Assembly (NCBI RefSeq): GCF_032062105.1
Contig: NW_026932975.1
Location: 310,001-374,000 of the forward strand
DNA length: 64,000 nucleotides
Direction: 5' to 3'
Origin: Saccostrea cucullata
Lineage: Eukaryota
In this document: positions 47,101 through 58,454 of the stretch, piece by piece
Numbering within the stretch: position 1 is the first letter of the stretch
Layout: each line of letters begins with the position of its first letter
The notes under the pieces: model-generated
Told to the model about the DNA's origin: nothing
Seen by the model: only the letters and a program-made list of their open reading frames with translations
Database searches by the model: none
Position numbers and translations under genes: made by a program

Positions 47101-47546
47101 CTCATCTTAATTCCAGAACCCCTGACCATGGGGCTATGAATTTCACAGATTTGGTAGATAGCTCAGTGTTTATTTAACATCCCTAAAACCAGTTCAACTG
47201 CTTGGTATCCAGGACTATTGCAAACCAGTCTTATTGGATGTAGTGGAATTCATTTTTAAATAAATCAGAATTCTTCATCCCTGGAACTTCATTATAAGCC
47301 TGTTTTACCATGCAAAGCATTTCCAAAACTTGTTTTATAGCATGAATCATCCACACATTAGCCAGTCAGAATACACACTTTCTACTAGTTGTGGGGAAAT
47401 TGATCTTTGACCTTACCTGATCTGTAGATATTCTCCCCTTTTGCTGGGTGTGTCGGTTGTTCTTCCTCTTCATCAAACCTGTCCGAGTACTCATCCTCCG
47501 TGGCTTCCTCAAACATAGGTGTAGTCTCCTTGTCCATCGACGTCAT
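38122..47546 (-). CDS. PP2D1: Protein phosphatase 2C-like domain-containing protein 1, about 691 aa
   Basis: Exons 47546-47417, 42651-42359, 41884-41763, 41519-41297, 39920-39410, 39264-39163, 38983-38760, 38592-38122 (2076 nt, in frame). Motifs WKSYMED, FGLFDGYHG, KFDP, VRWSGCSA, LANAGNVH, TRGLGNHGD, LASHGVWEV and NNITVMV, plus an N-terminal CxxC...HxxxH as I recall in vertebrate PP2D1. The first exon is the least certain. Confidence 0.88.
40148..41085 (+). mobile_element. Internally deleted mariner element
   Basis: TA|CGAGGGGTGATCAAA ... TTTGATCACCCCTCA|TA. A remnant at about 40960-41010 reads WWQMCIKVGTD*FKK, like the C-terminus of mariner transposases (RWxKCIxxxGDYxEK). Confidence 0.8.
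42835..43575 (-). mobile_element. Truncated HINE-like element, same family as 21178-22105
   Basis: Starts AAGAGGCCCATGGGCCACATCACTCACCTGAG (reverse complement of the family tail); four repeats containing AATCTACACTACCCCAGGATGCTT. Confidence 0.82.
43783..43997. mobile_element. TA-flanked MITE, copy 1 of a local trio
   Basis: TA|TTGTAGACATTACTTTTTTCCACAGGGTCA ... GGAAAAAAGTAC...TCTACAG|TA. Confidence 0.75.
44010..44124 (-). CDS. PP2D1: Candidate alternative first coding exon of PP2D1
   Basis: ATG at 44124, 38 open codons (MEACRKSSLVMEVTAKRHNEILKLKYGHLLEWMYIVNG) and a GTAAGT donor in phase 1, compatible with exon 42651. Confidence 0.5.
46385..46590. mobile_element. TA-flanked MITE, copy 2 (inverted)
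   Basis: TA|CTGTAGAAGTACGATTTTCCAC ... GTGGAAAAAAGTACGTCTATAG|TA; reverse complement of copies 1 and 3. Confidence 0.78.
46820..47210. repeat. Degenerate repeat fragment, about 160-bp period
   Basis: CCAGAACCC[T/C]TGAC...GGGGC...TTCACA.ATTT.G recurs at about 46950 and 47112. Confidence 0.5.
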
Positions 47547-47661
47547 GACTCAACAATCAGCTGTGTCCCCAACCTGGCTGAAACCTTAAGAAAAATTCAG
47601 ATTCAAAATGCAAAGAAAAAATATATAAAGTGCAAGCTTGTTTAGGAACCATTTTCACATA

Positions 47662-47869
47662 CTGTAGATATTCTTTTTTCCACAGGGTCATAATTCCACA
47701 GAATCTCTATTTCTATTCAATCCGGTGGTATAAAATTATGCGGATACCTTAAGACGCTCCTTATATGCCTTATATATGCATTAAGTTCGATGGGACAAAA
47801 TTCAGAGGAAAATTTGTGACCGCGTACATGGTGTTAATTAATACCATGCGGAAAAAAGTACTTCTACAG
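47662..47869. mobile_element. TA-flanked MITE, copy 3
   Basis: TA|CTGTAGATATTCTTTTTTCCACAGGGTCA ... GGAAAAAAGTACTTCTACAG|TA. Confidence 0.8.
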
Positions 47870-47973
47870 TATTTCATTGATATTATTGATTTTCACATTA
47901 TGTCAAAAGATGGAGTGTGAGCAGACCTGTGCTGACCTTGCATTTCGAGAGACCTGCCAAGTTAGTTAGAATA

Positions 47974-48189
47974 ATGTTAATCGATGTGTCTCGGTACAGG
48001 CCAGGGTCCATAGGACATATCATTTATAATGAAAGAACATTCTTTCTACCGTTTGAGCTAAATGGTAATGACTATCACGCTGGTCCGACTCCCACATTTC
48101 TCCCTCCTTTAAGTATGTCTCTACCTCCAAAGTCAGATTCTATCCCGAAAGATCTTTCTTCTGTGGTTTTCAGGGCACCAAATGTAACA
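47974..48189 (+). other. Possible coding first exon of an unidentified gene antisense to the PP2D1 5' region
   Basis: ATG plus 71 open codons (MLIDVSRYRPGSIGHIIYNERTFFLPFELNG...FRAPNVT) ending at a GTAAGT donor; GC content higher than the flanks; no recognisable homology. Confidence 0.3.
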
Positions 48190-48582
48190 GTAAGTTAACT
48201 AAATGCAAGGGACTAGATCAGAATCCTAACAGATTCCCTGCAGTATAAAGGTGCTTTACCAACCCCAAGCTATCTGACCACTGTCATCAGCAATCGAGCC
48301 TGTCTGACCTTCACATTACACAGCTGTTCAAAATATGTAATACGGCAATATACGTTGTCCGGTCTTTTTTAAATAAGTGTATTAAATTCAAGACTTTGGA
48401 AAAGGATAACATGGTATTGGTATTTCCACTAAAACTAGACACGGACTAAGAATTGGCTTTATCAAATAATGTTGTCAGTGTTTAGCTGTGATAATAATGT
48501 GGTAAACATTTTGTCGATGAATATATGATCATGATAAAGTTGAATTAAACAATAAAAAATTAATTAATTAATCGAGCACCTG

Positions 48583-48596
48583 CTTATCCTAGCAAC
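48583..48596 (-). promoter_or_regulatory. RFX X-box-like motif in the probable PP2D1 upstream promoter
   Basis: GTTGCTAGGATAAG on the minus strand, beside forkhead-like GTTTACA (48602-48608) and GTAAACA (about 48502). Confidence 0.35.
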
Positions 48597-51559
48597 AGGA
48601 AGTTTACATCTAGAGGATAAAAGACAAAACCGTTACCGGTAATGCGTTACCTTTTTGAGAGTTACCTCCCTTAGACCATAATCAGCCAAAGCTGCTTAAT
48701 AAAAATGAAATAAAATCTATAAAAAAAAAAGAAGAAAGAAATAGAATAATAATAATAATAAAAAGAATCATAGACAGGTACTAGGCCAGTGTGATATTAT
48801 TCATTATTTTTGAAATTTTGATGAGGTATAACTTGTGTGGCGGGGAAGGTTACCTTTAAAAAAAATCTTTCGAGATTTCACCAAACATTTTGGCATAAAA
48901 TCACACACAGTATAATAGAAAAAAGAAATAATGAAAATAATAAGGGGAAAAACAATGTGTCATTTGTCCTGAAGGAGATCGTAATAATTCAAAAGTTCCA
49001 AAATTTTCGAAGAAAAGGCATCAATTTAATGCGATTGCTTAGCTACTATCAATTAATGAACACCTCTTAGACATTTTTTTTTATGATTTATCCATTCAAT
49101 CCCAAGATTTCTTGAATTAAAAAAATAACAATCCATAATGAATTCATTCTGAGAGAGTAAGGAACGACAACTCTGCACGGGATTTTGTTATACCACGTTT
49201 GCTTTTGTCGTTTTGATTAGTACGGACTAAGGGCTTACCGAGTTCTACATACAGTTCATTGTTATGCACATTTTTAAATTTAATATAAATGCTCAACTAT
49301 TGTGGTATTTGCCACAAATGGTGCTTTGTTCAGCTTTTCATTTAGCTGCAATAATGTAGCCCTCTCCGATTTTTTTTAATCTGATGTTTTCTGGAGAGGG
49401 TTAGCTTTTCATTGGGTTATAAATAATTTGTGTTTGGTATAGAGATTGTCAAACATGAATATATGAAAGTCAGGTTATAAATGCAGTATTATGCACGATC
49501 ATTCAGCTTTGAAATAAGATTGAGAAAATGCCTTTTGTGTGTCTTCATTTACTTTTCAATTTATAAAGAGATAATGACCCAATATTTGCTTTCGATTCAC
49601 GTTATTACTTCATATGGAATTAACAGCCATGTATTAAGTGATAATTCGTCTTTTGCTTTGATTTTATTTTAAAAAATGAGAGGTTATCTGATATGTTACT
49701 AAACATAATACAATGTACTATAGCTAGTATATATACCGATTTTGCATCAAGAAAAATGGTAATAAGGACATGAATGACAAAGCATGTATATTTTATACAT
49801 TTAAAAAATGGATTACTTTTTAAAAATCTTTGTTCCCTTGATTCATTCTTGAGCTAGTGACACTTAAAAAAAATAATATCGGACGTTCTAAACATCTTTG
49901 TCTATAATCTCGCAAGTCATTGAATTTTGATTAAGTCTAATGAGGTAACGGCTAACTAAATATAAATTAATAATTGCCATATTTGAATACATTTAAATTT
50001 TCTTATACCATTATATAATTACATCGAGGATTTTTTTTATCACAAGAATAAACCAAGGGACTCCATATATACTGCTGAAAATTACAACAATAAAATAGCC
50101 CAAGTGACCACTTTTCACTGACTTATTATGTACTAGATAATGTTTATTCCACTGGAATATCAGTTGATTGATGTGTGAGGACTTCCAAAGGACGCCCTTG
50201 ATGTATAGATAGTAAATATAAGACTGCACTCGCAGTCCTGATAAAATGTTTGGTTATTTGCAGAATTCTTATATCTTCGTTTACTTTACCTCAGATTAAA
50301 ATTTTATCTCACCAGTCGGCATGGCAATACTTACCATAAATTTACATAAGTGACGTGTAACTATGTTCAATATAATTGATTATCGAAGTACGAAAAGGTA
50401 CCATCCGAATTTACAAGGCTAAATGGTTTAACCGTTTTGTTTTTCATTTTTTATTTGCACTTTGATGGATTGAGTAAAATGTACTCTCACACCCTTCCCT
50501 TTGGTGAGCCCCAGAGAGTTTCCACTTGTCCTTTGAAATATGCACATATACTTGTATGTTATCAAACTGTAGAAAAACAAAATGAGGGACATATAACAAG
50601 ATAAATGAGAGCTGAAAAATAAACAATTCTTGGTCCTCAGTCAAGATAATGACAGGTTAACCGACCATACTTTATAATGGTATATCATTTCAGTTCATTT
50701 CTATTACACTCTTTGAAAATAATTTTCACATATGGTTTAAATTATATGTGCAAATGTTTACAAAACACACAGTTTGCGAATGGCTAAACGAATAAATACT
50801 AGTATGTAGAGCCATTAAAACAAATTAGAATAAATAATTTAAAATATATTCTAGCTTTCTTCTTTTTTTTGAATATCATTTAGTTTCTTTTTGCAAATTA
50901 ACATAATGAAGAGAAATTAATCTACAGAACACAACTGTTTTAAATAGTCTGTAAATAAAAGCCAGGCTTCAGTTCAAAAGTTCAAAACAATTCATCATGT
51001 CAACATTAAACGTCTAGACACTGGTTCTGTCGGCATTACCTTATAAAATAATTATAACTTCATCCGACATCTTACAGCAAATTCACCTATAAAAACTTTT
51101 TCTTTGAATGTGTATAATTATCAAACAAAAGAAGAGTATACAAAAATTATGCAACTATATACTAAAAATTCTAGTTTAAATCAGCAAAAATTCAGCAGAC
51201 TGGTTAATGGCAAGTTTGTTTATGGAAGATAAGAATGACGTCATCGGATGAACCCCCATGACCCGGAAGACAACACCTTTAGATAAGTGACAACAGGTAA
51301 TTTTTTGGTTACGCGGTAATACTGCACCTATTATTGAGCACTATCGTCGTTATGATGTAATTTTTTTTCATTATTTTTAGCATTGTTTTTAGCAGCGCAC
51401 GCGCATTCATATTTATAAAATGAAAAGTTATTGCACTTAAATATTCCAACAACAATTTTTTTTATTAATTTTTTTTTCAACAGACATGTACTGATAGTCT
51501 TCAGTGGTGATAGTCTTCAGTGGGAGTCGCTAAAATTAATATTCAACATTTTTAATTAC

Positions 51560-53040
51560 CTTTTGTCGCCTGCTTTCATTGAAAGTGGGGGATATTAATT
51601 TGGGTGTGTCTGTTCGTCAGTCAGTCTGTTTTTCTGCCTATGTGCCTGTCTTTAATACTTTCGTTTCCGCACAATATCTCGAGAAGCTTTTTTAATGAAA
51701 TTTTACATAGCACTTCCTGTGGCCTAAATAGGAAAACCCCTATTGAATTCGAGGTCAAAGGTCAAGAATAAAAATTCATCAAACCTGTCTGTTTTATACA
51801 AACACATCGTTTCAAAGCCATATCTCGAGAAACCTTTGAACTTTTGAAATGAATTTATAAATCACAACTCCATATGGCCTAAATAAGACCCCTATTGGTT
51901 TTGAGGCCAGAGGGTCAAAGGTCAAGGTAAAAAAAAAATACACATTATTTTAATTTTGTGTGTAAAACTTTCATTTCCGAAGAATCTTTTGAGTATTTGT
52001 AATAACATAACTCCTTATTGCCCAACCAACTCTTTTTACTCCTGCAACACCACCCTTCGACCCCTTCAGTTAAAAGTTATGGGTAAGGTTAAAGCTTTTG
52101 GGGACAAACAGACATACATACAAACGGACGGACAGGACAAAAGCTATATACCCAGAATCTTTGATTACTGGCGCATAATATGAAACGCATGTCTACGTAT
52201 GGCACCTTAAGGCCAAGGATGGTTCTCAAATGTATAGGTCAGATGTATACTCCAAAGTCATGCAAGAGTTAAAAAACATTGCAGTCCAAAGAATGGTCTT
52301 ATCTTATTCCTATTGGAGCACACCTGTAATGGAACACACCTGTAAAAAGTTCTTGTGTTAACTATTAAGAAATATCAGCCAAGGGAATTTTTTTCCCCCA
52401 AAAAGGAGGTCATACTCAAAGGTGTGCATCATGAGGTAAAATAAAGGTGCCAAAAGGAAACTTCTTCTCACAAGAAGTGCATAATTGAAACATAAAAACC
52501 CTAGCAATGTAGGTCAAAATCCATGATCAAGGTCCTGAGGCAAAGAATGTTTATACCCATTGATAGGCCTTCTCTCAAGGTCTTCTCTCAAGAAATAGAA
52601 GTGCGATATATATACAAAAACAAGTCTCAGTTCCCAACGTTCCAAAATATATTATGTCAAAGTAATTTAAACTTCAAGGTCAAGGTCACTAATATTGGTA
52701 CCCAAATAAAGGTCTGGACTATAATGAAATATACATGTGAAAGATACAAAAGCCCTATAGTATGGTCCCAAGCGTTCAATGTTGTGGCCAAGGCTATTTT
52801 TTTTATGAATTCTGCAAAGGTAGATCAAACTCAAAGGTCAAAGTCAATAGGTCTAATATATGGATAGCCAAAAATGTCTTCTTACAAGGTATACACCTGT
52901 GATATATGAATGCCCTAGCCATAACCATTCAAAATTATGGGCATTAAGGTTCAAGTGTTTGAGGACAAACTTTAAAGAAGCAGACATACAATAGACGAAC
53001 AAACGGACCGAAAATTCGTCGATTACGGAGGCATAAAAGT
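51560..53040. mobile_element. Cluster of degenerate HINE-like elements
   Basis: Hairpin plus GTCT/GTCA microsatellite head at about 51560-51650; AAGGTCAAGG cores; opposite-orientation ends with GACA/GACG runs and GCATAA at about 52180 and 53035. Confidence 0.6.
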
Positions 53041-53742
53041 AAGATCTCCTTATCCTTCTCGATTCCATGGATATTATTTATGATTTTCTTTTCTTTTTTT
53101 TTTTTTGCCAAATAATAGGAAATTCGGGATTTTTTCATAAAATAAGTCTCAAATTATCTGATGGTTGAAGTATTTTATTTATGTATTTTTTATACCAAGA
53201 GTAAGCATGTCTTCAATTAAATACACGTAAGCAATAAGGGAGTTATAAATTGCTGTAAAATTTGTCCTTAAACAGTTCAAAATCTCATTTGTCTTTCATT
53301 ATGCATATACATGTGTTACCCATGGAATCTTTCCTGAAAGAATAAATCTTTCCTAAATTTCCTTGATCTTTATTATACTAGTATTATCTAAGGTTAGTTG
53401 AAAACTTCTTGACCAAATTCTTCTTCTATTTTTTTTTCAAACATTTCTATTATTTTGTGACTGGAATAAGATGATTCTTGATTACCATTGCAGTATGCTA
53501 GTGGAAAATTAAGAATGACTGTCCTGTTATAAGCAATAACCACCCTCATCTCTCTCCGCGGAGGATTATTTTAGCGAATTGAATTCAAGCACTTTCATTC
53601 AGAAAAGTAAAACCAATGATACAATAATCAAACAATTTTCTGTCTTTCTATAGAAAGCTGATATAAAATTTGTTCATGTTTGCATGCAATGCAAAAATAT
53701 AATATATACAATGTTTTTTTATGAGCGTTTTTTCTTGTCATT

Positions 53743-54897
53743 TTACTTATCATACATATTCCACAGTTCTTTAACCAAATCATTTACAAACACCCCTCCT
53801 GTATTCCGCTCCATCATCCACAAAGCAAATATTCCGTCCAGACGAAGTTCCTTCTGAATAAAACTTTGGATGTGTTTATCATTTCGTGGATCTTTACTGT
53901 TCCCTTCACAATTTACTAGAAACTTCTTGATGTAGGCAATCCTGTTTCGAGGTATCGCGAGGCGCCATATCCAAATCAAAAGACTTGTGCAAGTCAGAAA
54001 GGAGACCACACCACAAAGGAACCACAGGAACACAAAGATTTTCTCGTTATACATATTCAGAGGTAGTACACATTGTACGGTCCAACGCAGCAAGTTCTGA
54101 AGTTGGCGTATGTGTACATCACACATTGTTACTCTTGGAAAACGCGCTAAACTCACAGTGCCATTTCTAACAGTATCATCAAAAATATCCCGACCATATT
54201 GAAGGTAAAAATCGTGTCCCAAAAATTCGTCTAGTAGGAAAAATTGTCCAATTGCATTTGCACAGTAAAGACATTTCTTTATGATATAAAGGCTAGCAAG
54301 GTAATTCCCTGACCGTTTTGACGTCAATCTCTCTAGAAACATAGGTTTTTTATTCAGAGAAATGCGAATCCTCTCCCATCTTTGAAAGATGTGTGCTATA
54401 TTTTTTACGGTTTTGTTACGTTCGTCCCAGCTCATAGTTTGGGTATCAGCTGCCCTTTGAGAAATCATATCCAACTGAATTCCAGAACTTTTGTGAAAAA
54501 GCCTCCAGAGAATGCTAGGAATCTTAAAAAGAAGGGCCATGATGACCAACATGATCGGAACCCATTGGTAATACACAATCTCATTTTCCCGAGCTTCTTC
54601 TGTGATCGGGTGGTTCAGTGGTGAATAATACGTATTCCGGATCCAGCAGAGATAGTTCACGTATTCGACATACCAGTCGGTAAATTCCGCCGGACACCAG
54701 CAGTGGATCGGGGGGCCTGAGAGGTGGTGCTCGGCCCCTGTAAATACTGCGAACACAATCAGAAAGAAGGGAACGATAGTGTTGTTGAATCGGTCTGTCC
54801 AATCGTCATGACCATGGCCAAATAAACGGAGTTTTAATGTAAAATCTTCAGTTTTAGAGGCAATTTTTATGTCCTTTTGTTCTATCTTCCTGTCCAT
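53743..54897 (-). CDS. inx: Innexin (unc-9-like), 384 aa, uninterrupted ORF
   Basis: DDWTDRFN, CWCPAEF, YYQWVP signature, FPRVTMCD, QCVLPLNMYNEKIF, LRLDGIF; four hydrophobic segments. Confidence 0.95.
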   Translation of the reverse strand: MDRKIEQKDIKIASKTEDFTLKLRLFGHGHDDWTDRFNNTIVPFFLIVFAVFTGAEHHLSGPPIHCWCPAEFTDWYVEYVNYLCWIRNTYYSPLNHPITEEARENEIVYYQWVPIMLVIMALLFKIPSILWRLFHKSSGIQLDMISQRAADTQTMSWDERNKTVKNIAHIFQRWERIRISLNKKPMFLERLTSKRSGNYLASLYIIKKCLYCANAIGQFFLLDEFLGHDFYLQYGRDIFDDTVRNGTVSLARFPRVTMCDVHIRQLQNLLRWTVQCVLPLNMYNEKIFVFLWFLCGVVSFLTCTSLLIWIWRLAIPRNRIAYIKKFLVNCEGNSKDPRNDKHIQSFIQKELRLDGIFALWMMERNTGGVFVNDLVKELWNMYDK

Positions 54898-56569
54898 TTT
54901 TCACCGTCAACAATGGATAACAATGGATGGTTTTTCCAACTACGTGTAATTTTTTTTAAAAATTATCAGTTTATTGATAACCTTTTCCAGTAGAGGGTCA
55001 CTATGGCCCCAGTTCCAGGTAAGAGTTTCGGTTTCCGGTGTGTTGACGCATAGCACCTAAACCAAATTATATCATCGTAAACTATAGAATTATAGTGAAA
55101 AGAACTATGATGCTTTAAGAGGACTGGGTGGTTGTGACCATTTTCATACTACGTATTTTGATCTCTTTTAGAAAAAGAGCTCCTGAAAAAGATATACAAA
55201 AGTGACCAAATATTAAAAGTAAAATATATGATTTTTTTTTTTGCCAAATGATAGTTGACAGCTTAAGATATCATATCTTAAAAACTAAGTTATATCTGAA
55301 GGTTAATTTGATGACCCCTAGCCTTCTAAAATTATAGCATTCGGCAGGAATCACGGCAAACTTGGAAAGTGAAAATTCTCTTTACCTGTCGTACGATATT
55401 TTAGCATTCTGTGTTCGATACCTGTAAAAAAATAAGGAAAGGGAAAGTTTTCCCGATGTTGTGTTTGATTTGTGATTCTTTTTTTTTTAAATTGGATAAA
55501 TGTGTTGTGATACAAAATGTAACATTTTCCATGAAGTTAAATGTTATGTTTTTTCTGTTTGTTTTATTTCAAATTAAGAAGCAAACATTTGTTTAAAAAA
55601 GAATGGAGGGAAACATGGAGATCGTGAAAAATGAACTTAAAAAATGACATTGTATAAATACATGCTTAATTTTCATTTTACTATCCATGTTGTTTGAGTA
55701 TCAATGATAGCTCAGTAGTATGCGTCTGGAAACACAGCACAATGGAATCTGACTTTGTTGGTTCAATCTCTCTGGAGCATTAATTATTATTTTTTATCAA
55801 TGCCTTTTTCTAGTAAAATACCTACCGGGTATATCCAAATATGAAACAGATGAGTTAGACCCGTGGTACATGTACTACTAGTATCTTGTTTTTTAAGCTC
55901 ATAATATCTGGAGTGGACATATGAGTGAAAGTAACTATCGTCAATTGATAACATGTCATCGATATATACGGTTAGTATCTAAATTTGGAGATGAAGGCCA
56001 CAAGTTTTTTTTCTCCTACCCATGTAGAAGTGTTTGAATACGTTCTGCATCATATGGAGCTAAATAGATGATCATATAACGGGCGCATAACGGGCGCTAT
56101 TCGTACCCATCGTTTATGTAGTTTAACATTCAAACATGGAAACAATGCAAAATCCAGAAAGACAATGCCTAGAGATAAACTTGATGTCGACGTAAATTGA
56201 TCTTCAAAACGGGTAATCCTTACATCCTTAAAACCCCCTTCAATTGAAGCATTTTGATACCCGTCTACGGATGATAACCAGCAGCACCATCTATTACAAT
56301 GCCTCTTTTTGACAAATCATGTCCGCGCGCATACATATTTTAAGCAGCTCGGATCTCGAAGATTTTCCTTGATGTAGCCATTCTTGATTGTTTATAGTGA
56401 ATTTACAATTTAGAACACGACAAAGTAACGACTGACCATGATGCAACCGCAATAGTCTAGAATTTTTCTGAGTATTTTGTGAATAAATAAGTTTTTTCTA
56501 CAAAAGCAGAAATATTCATGCAGAAAAAATGAAATACATGGCGATAACGAACAATATTCAAGCTCAAAA

Positions 56570-57050
56570 GACGTCCATTAAACAATACAAAATAGGAACA
56601 GAGCAAACACGGACCTCCAAAACATCAGAGGTCGGTTTAAGTGCCATGGAGTGTGCATCCCCTGCCGACCTGTCACACCCGCCGTGTGCTCCTTGTCATG
56701 ATTGGGAAAAAACGGAAAAACCCGTCGACAATTCACTGTGTAAATAATGGCCTTAAATTAGTATGAAAACGTCAGGCACTTTTGGACTCAATGATAAATT
56801 GCTGACAAGGTCAAAGTATCGACCACGACTACGAAACTTACTTTAAAAGATATTCTTGTTTCATCAACTTGTTTGTCAATAATTTACTTCGTTTTAGAAA
56901 TTGTTCATACGTAGAGCATGCTTATTTGTATCGAATCACTTGAGAGATATAAACCCGTATGTATGTAGGTGATGAAGGTATATTGCTGCATACGTAAGGG
57001 AAGTTGACGATTGAAAAGTTAGTCATCACGTCTTTTTAATAACAACTGTG
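56570..57050 (-). mobile_element. Degenerate Penelope-like retroelement 3' fragment
   Basis: The minus strand encodes RDD..FSIVNFP...YGFISLK..IRY..ACSTYEQFL with stops and frameshifts; homologous to 60820-61125. Confidence 0.65.
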
Positions 57051-58454
57051 TACTTGTATATACAATCAGAATGTATTGAAAAAGCAGTTGTCAATGGTAT
57101 CAAAATCCTGGACTTTAATTTATCGTGGGAGATAGTTGTGTATAAAGTTGAAAAATCGTAAGTTTTTAAGCTGCTGATTATGGTAAAATCTTGTGAATTT
57201 CAAATTTTGAGAAAAAGTTCCCTGGAATTTATAAGTATCCACATCTGATTTTCACTACTTCTTTAATAAATATTTATGTACAGTAATCTTGAAGTTTCTC
57301 CTTCACTAATGTCTTAGTGAGGAGTGAAAGAAAGAGGCTTGGTTGAAAGGATTTTTATGAAGTTACGAAAATAAAACCCATCCATCTACTTGAAAATTGG
57401 TGTTTGTTATAAATGCTTTTGAAATTGTTTGACTGAAACAATACCGTATTATAGTGTACCTATGCTTATATACATTGTACTAAGTAGTCATTTTGAGGGA
57501 AATACACAGGTAATGTACTCCCATGTGAACTGATCTTTACATTATAAAAGCCAATTTTGAATATGCAAATTCCTCATCTGCCTGAAAATTACTACATGTA
57601 TATCCATATCAAGCCTTTTCTCGTCGTTTGAGCCATTTAGAGTTACCGGTATAACTTCAGTAAAGTTAATGAGAAGTTGCTTTGAATTTTAAAATATTTG
57701 AATTAATGTTTGTTTATTATTTAGTATAAAAGTAATTTAGTAATGTTTTTAAATTGAATAATTATACAAAGTCAAAGGTATCATTCGTAAACAGTTCTAT
57801 ACATGTAATGGTATTTAGTATTTTATCTGACTTTATTTATCTTTACTTTATCTAAAATTATTTGTTGAGATAAAAAAAAAGTATATGTACATTGTACATC
57901 ACATATCTCATATGGCTGTTTGTAAAACCAGAAATTATTTTATTAATGAAAGAAAAGATGATTATATTAACTTTTTTTGACATCTTATTGCTTTGAAACT
58001 GAAAGAGGGTCGATTTCAAGCCCTTTTTTGGCCGGACCTTTATTTGTCAAGTCTGCATAATATCAAAGTTCTTACATTTAATTTGAATTCTACAATGCAA
58101 ATAACATATATATTCAATGAAAAAAACCGCCAAACAAAAAGGATTAAATAAGGAACAATATTTTGTGCGGAAGGTATTTTTAAGAAGAACGCTGGTTTTT
58201 ATTAAGTGTAGATACGTAAAATATTCAAGGTATACTTTTCGAAAAATTCTTCAGAACTTAAGGAGTGTGATATTAGCTCTTAATCATTTCTTTTGGAGGG
58301 TATTATTTTTTCGAGAACGAGAAAAAAATTATTTGCAAATAAGGCACTTAACGGCTTAACATTTGCTGTTAATTAAATATAATATGAATATTATAATGAA
58401 TATATATATACGTAATATTCAATTATTTTTATGAGCAATTCTTTTTCGTTCATT

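Noticed and set aside
48633-48642. GTTACCGGTA as a second RFX site
   Set aside because: Equally explained as a TACCGGTA excision scar; the two cannot be distinguished here
50240-50566. Shared downstream constant exon for the innexins (protocadherin-like splicing)
   Set aside because: The candidate acceptor at 50566 gives no recognisable peptide, the possible donors of copy 3 are in a different phase from copies 1 and 2, and poly(A)-like signals follow the ORFs; needs transcript data
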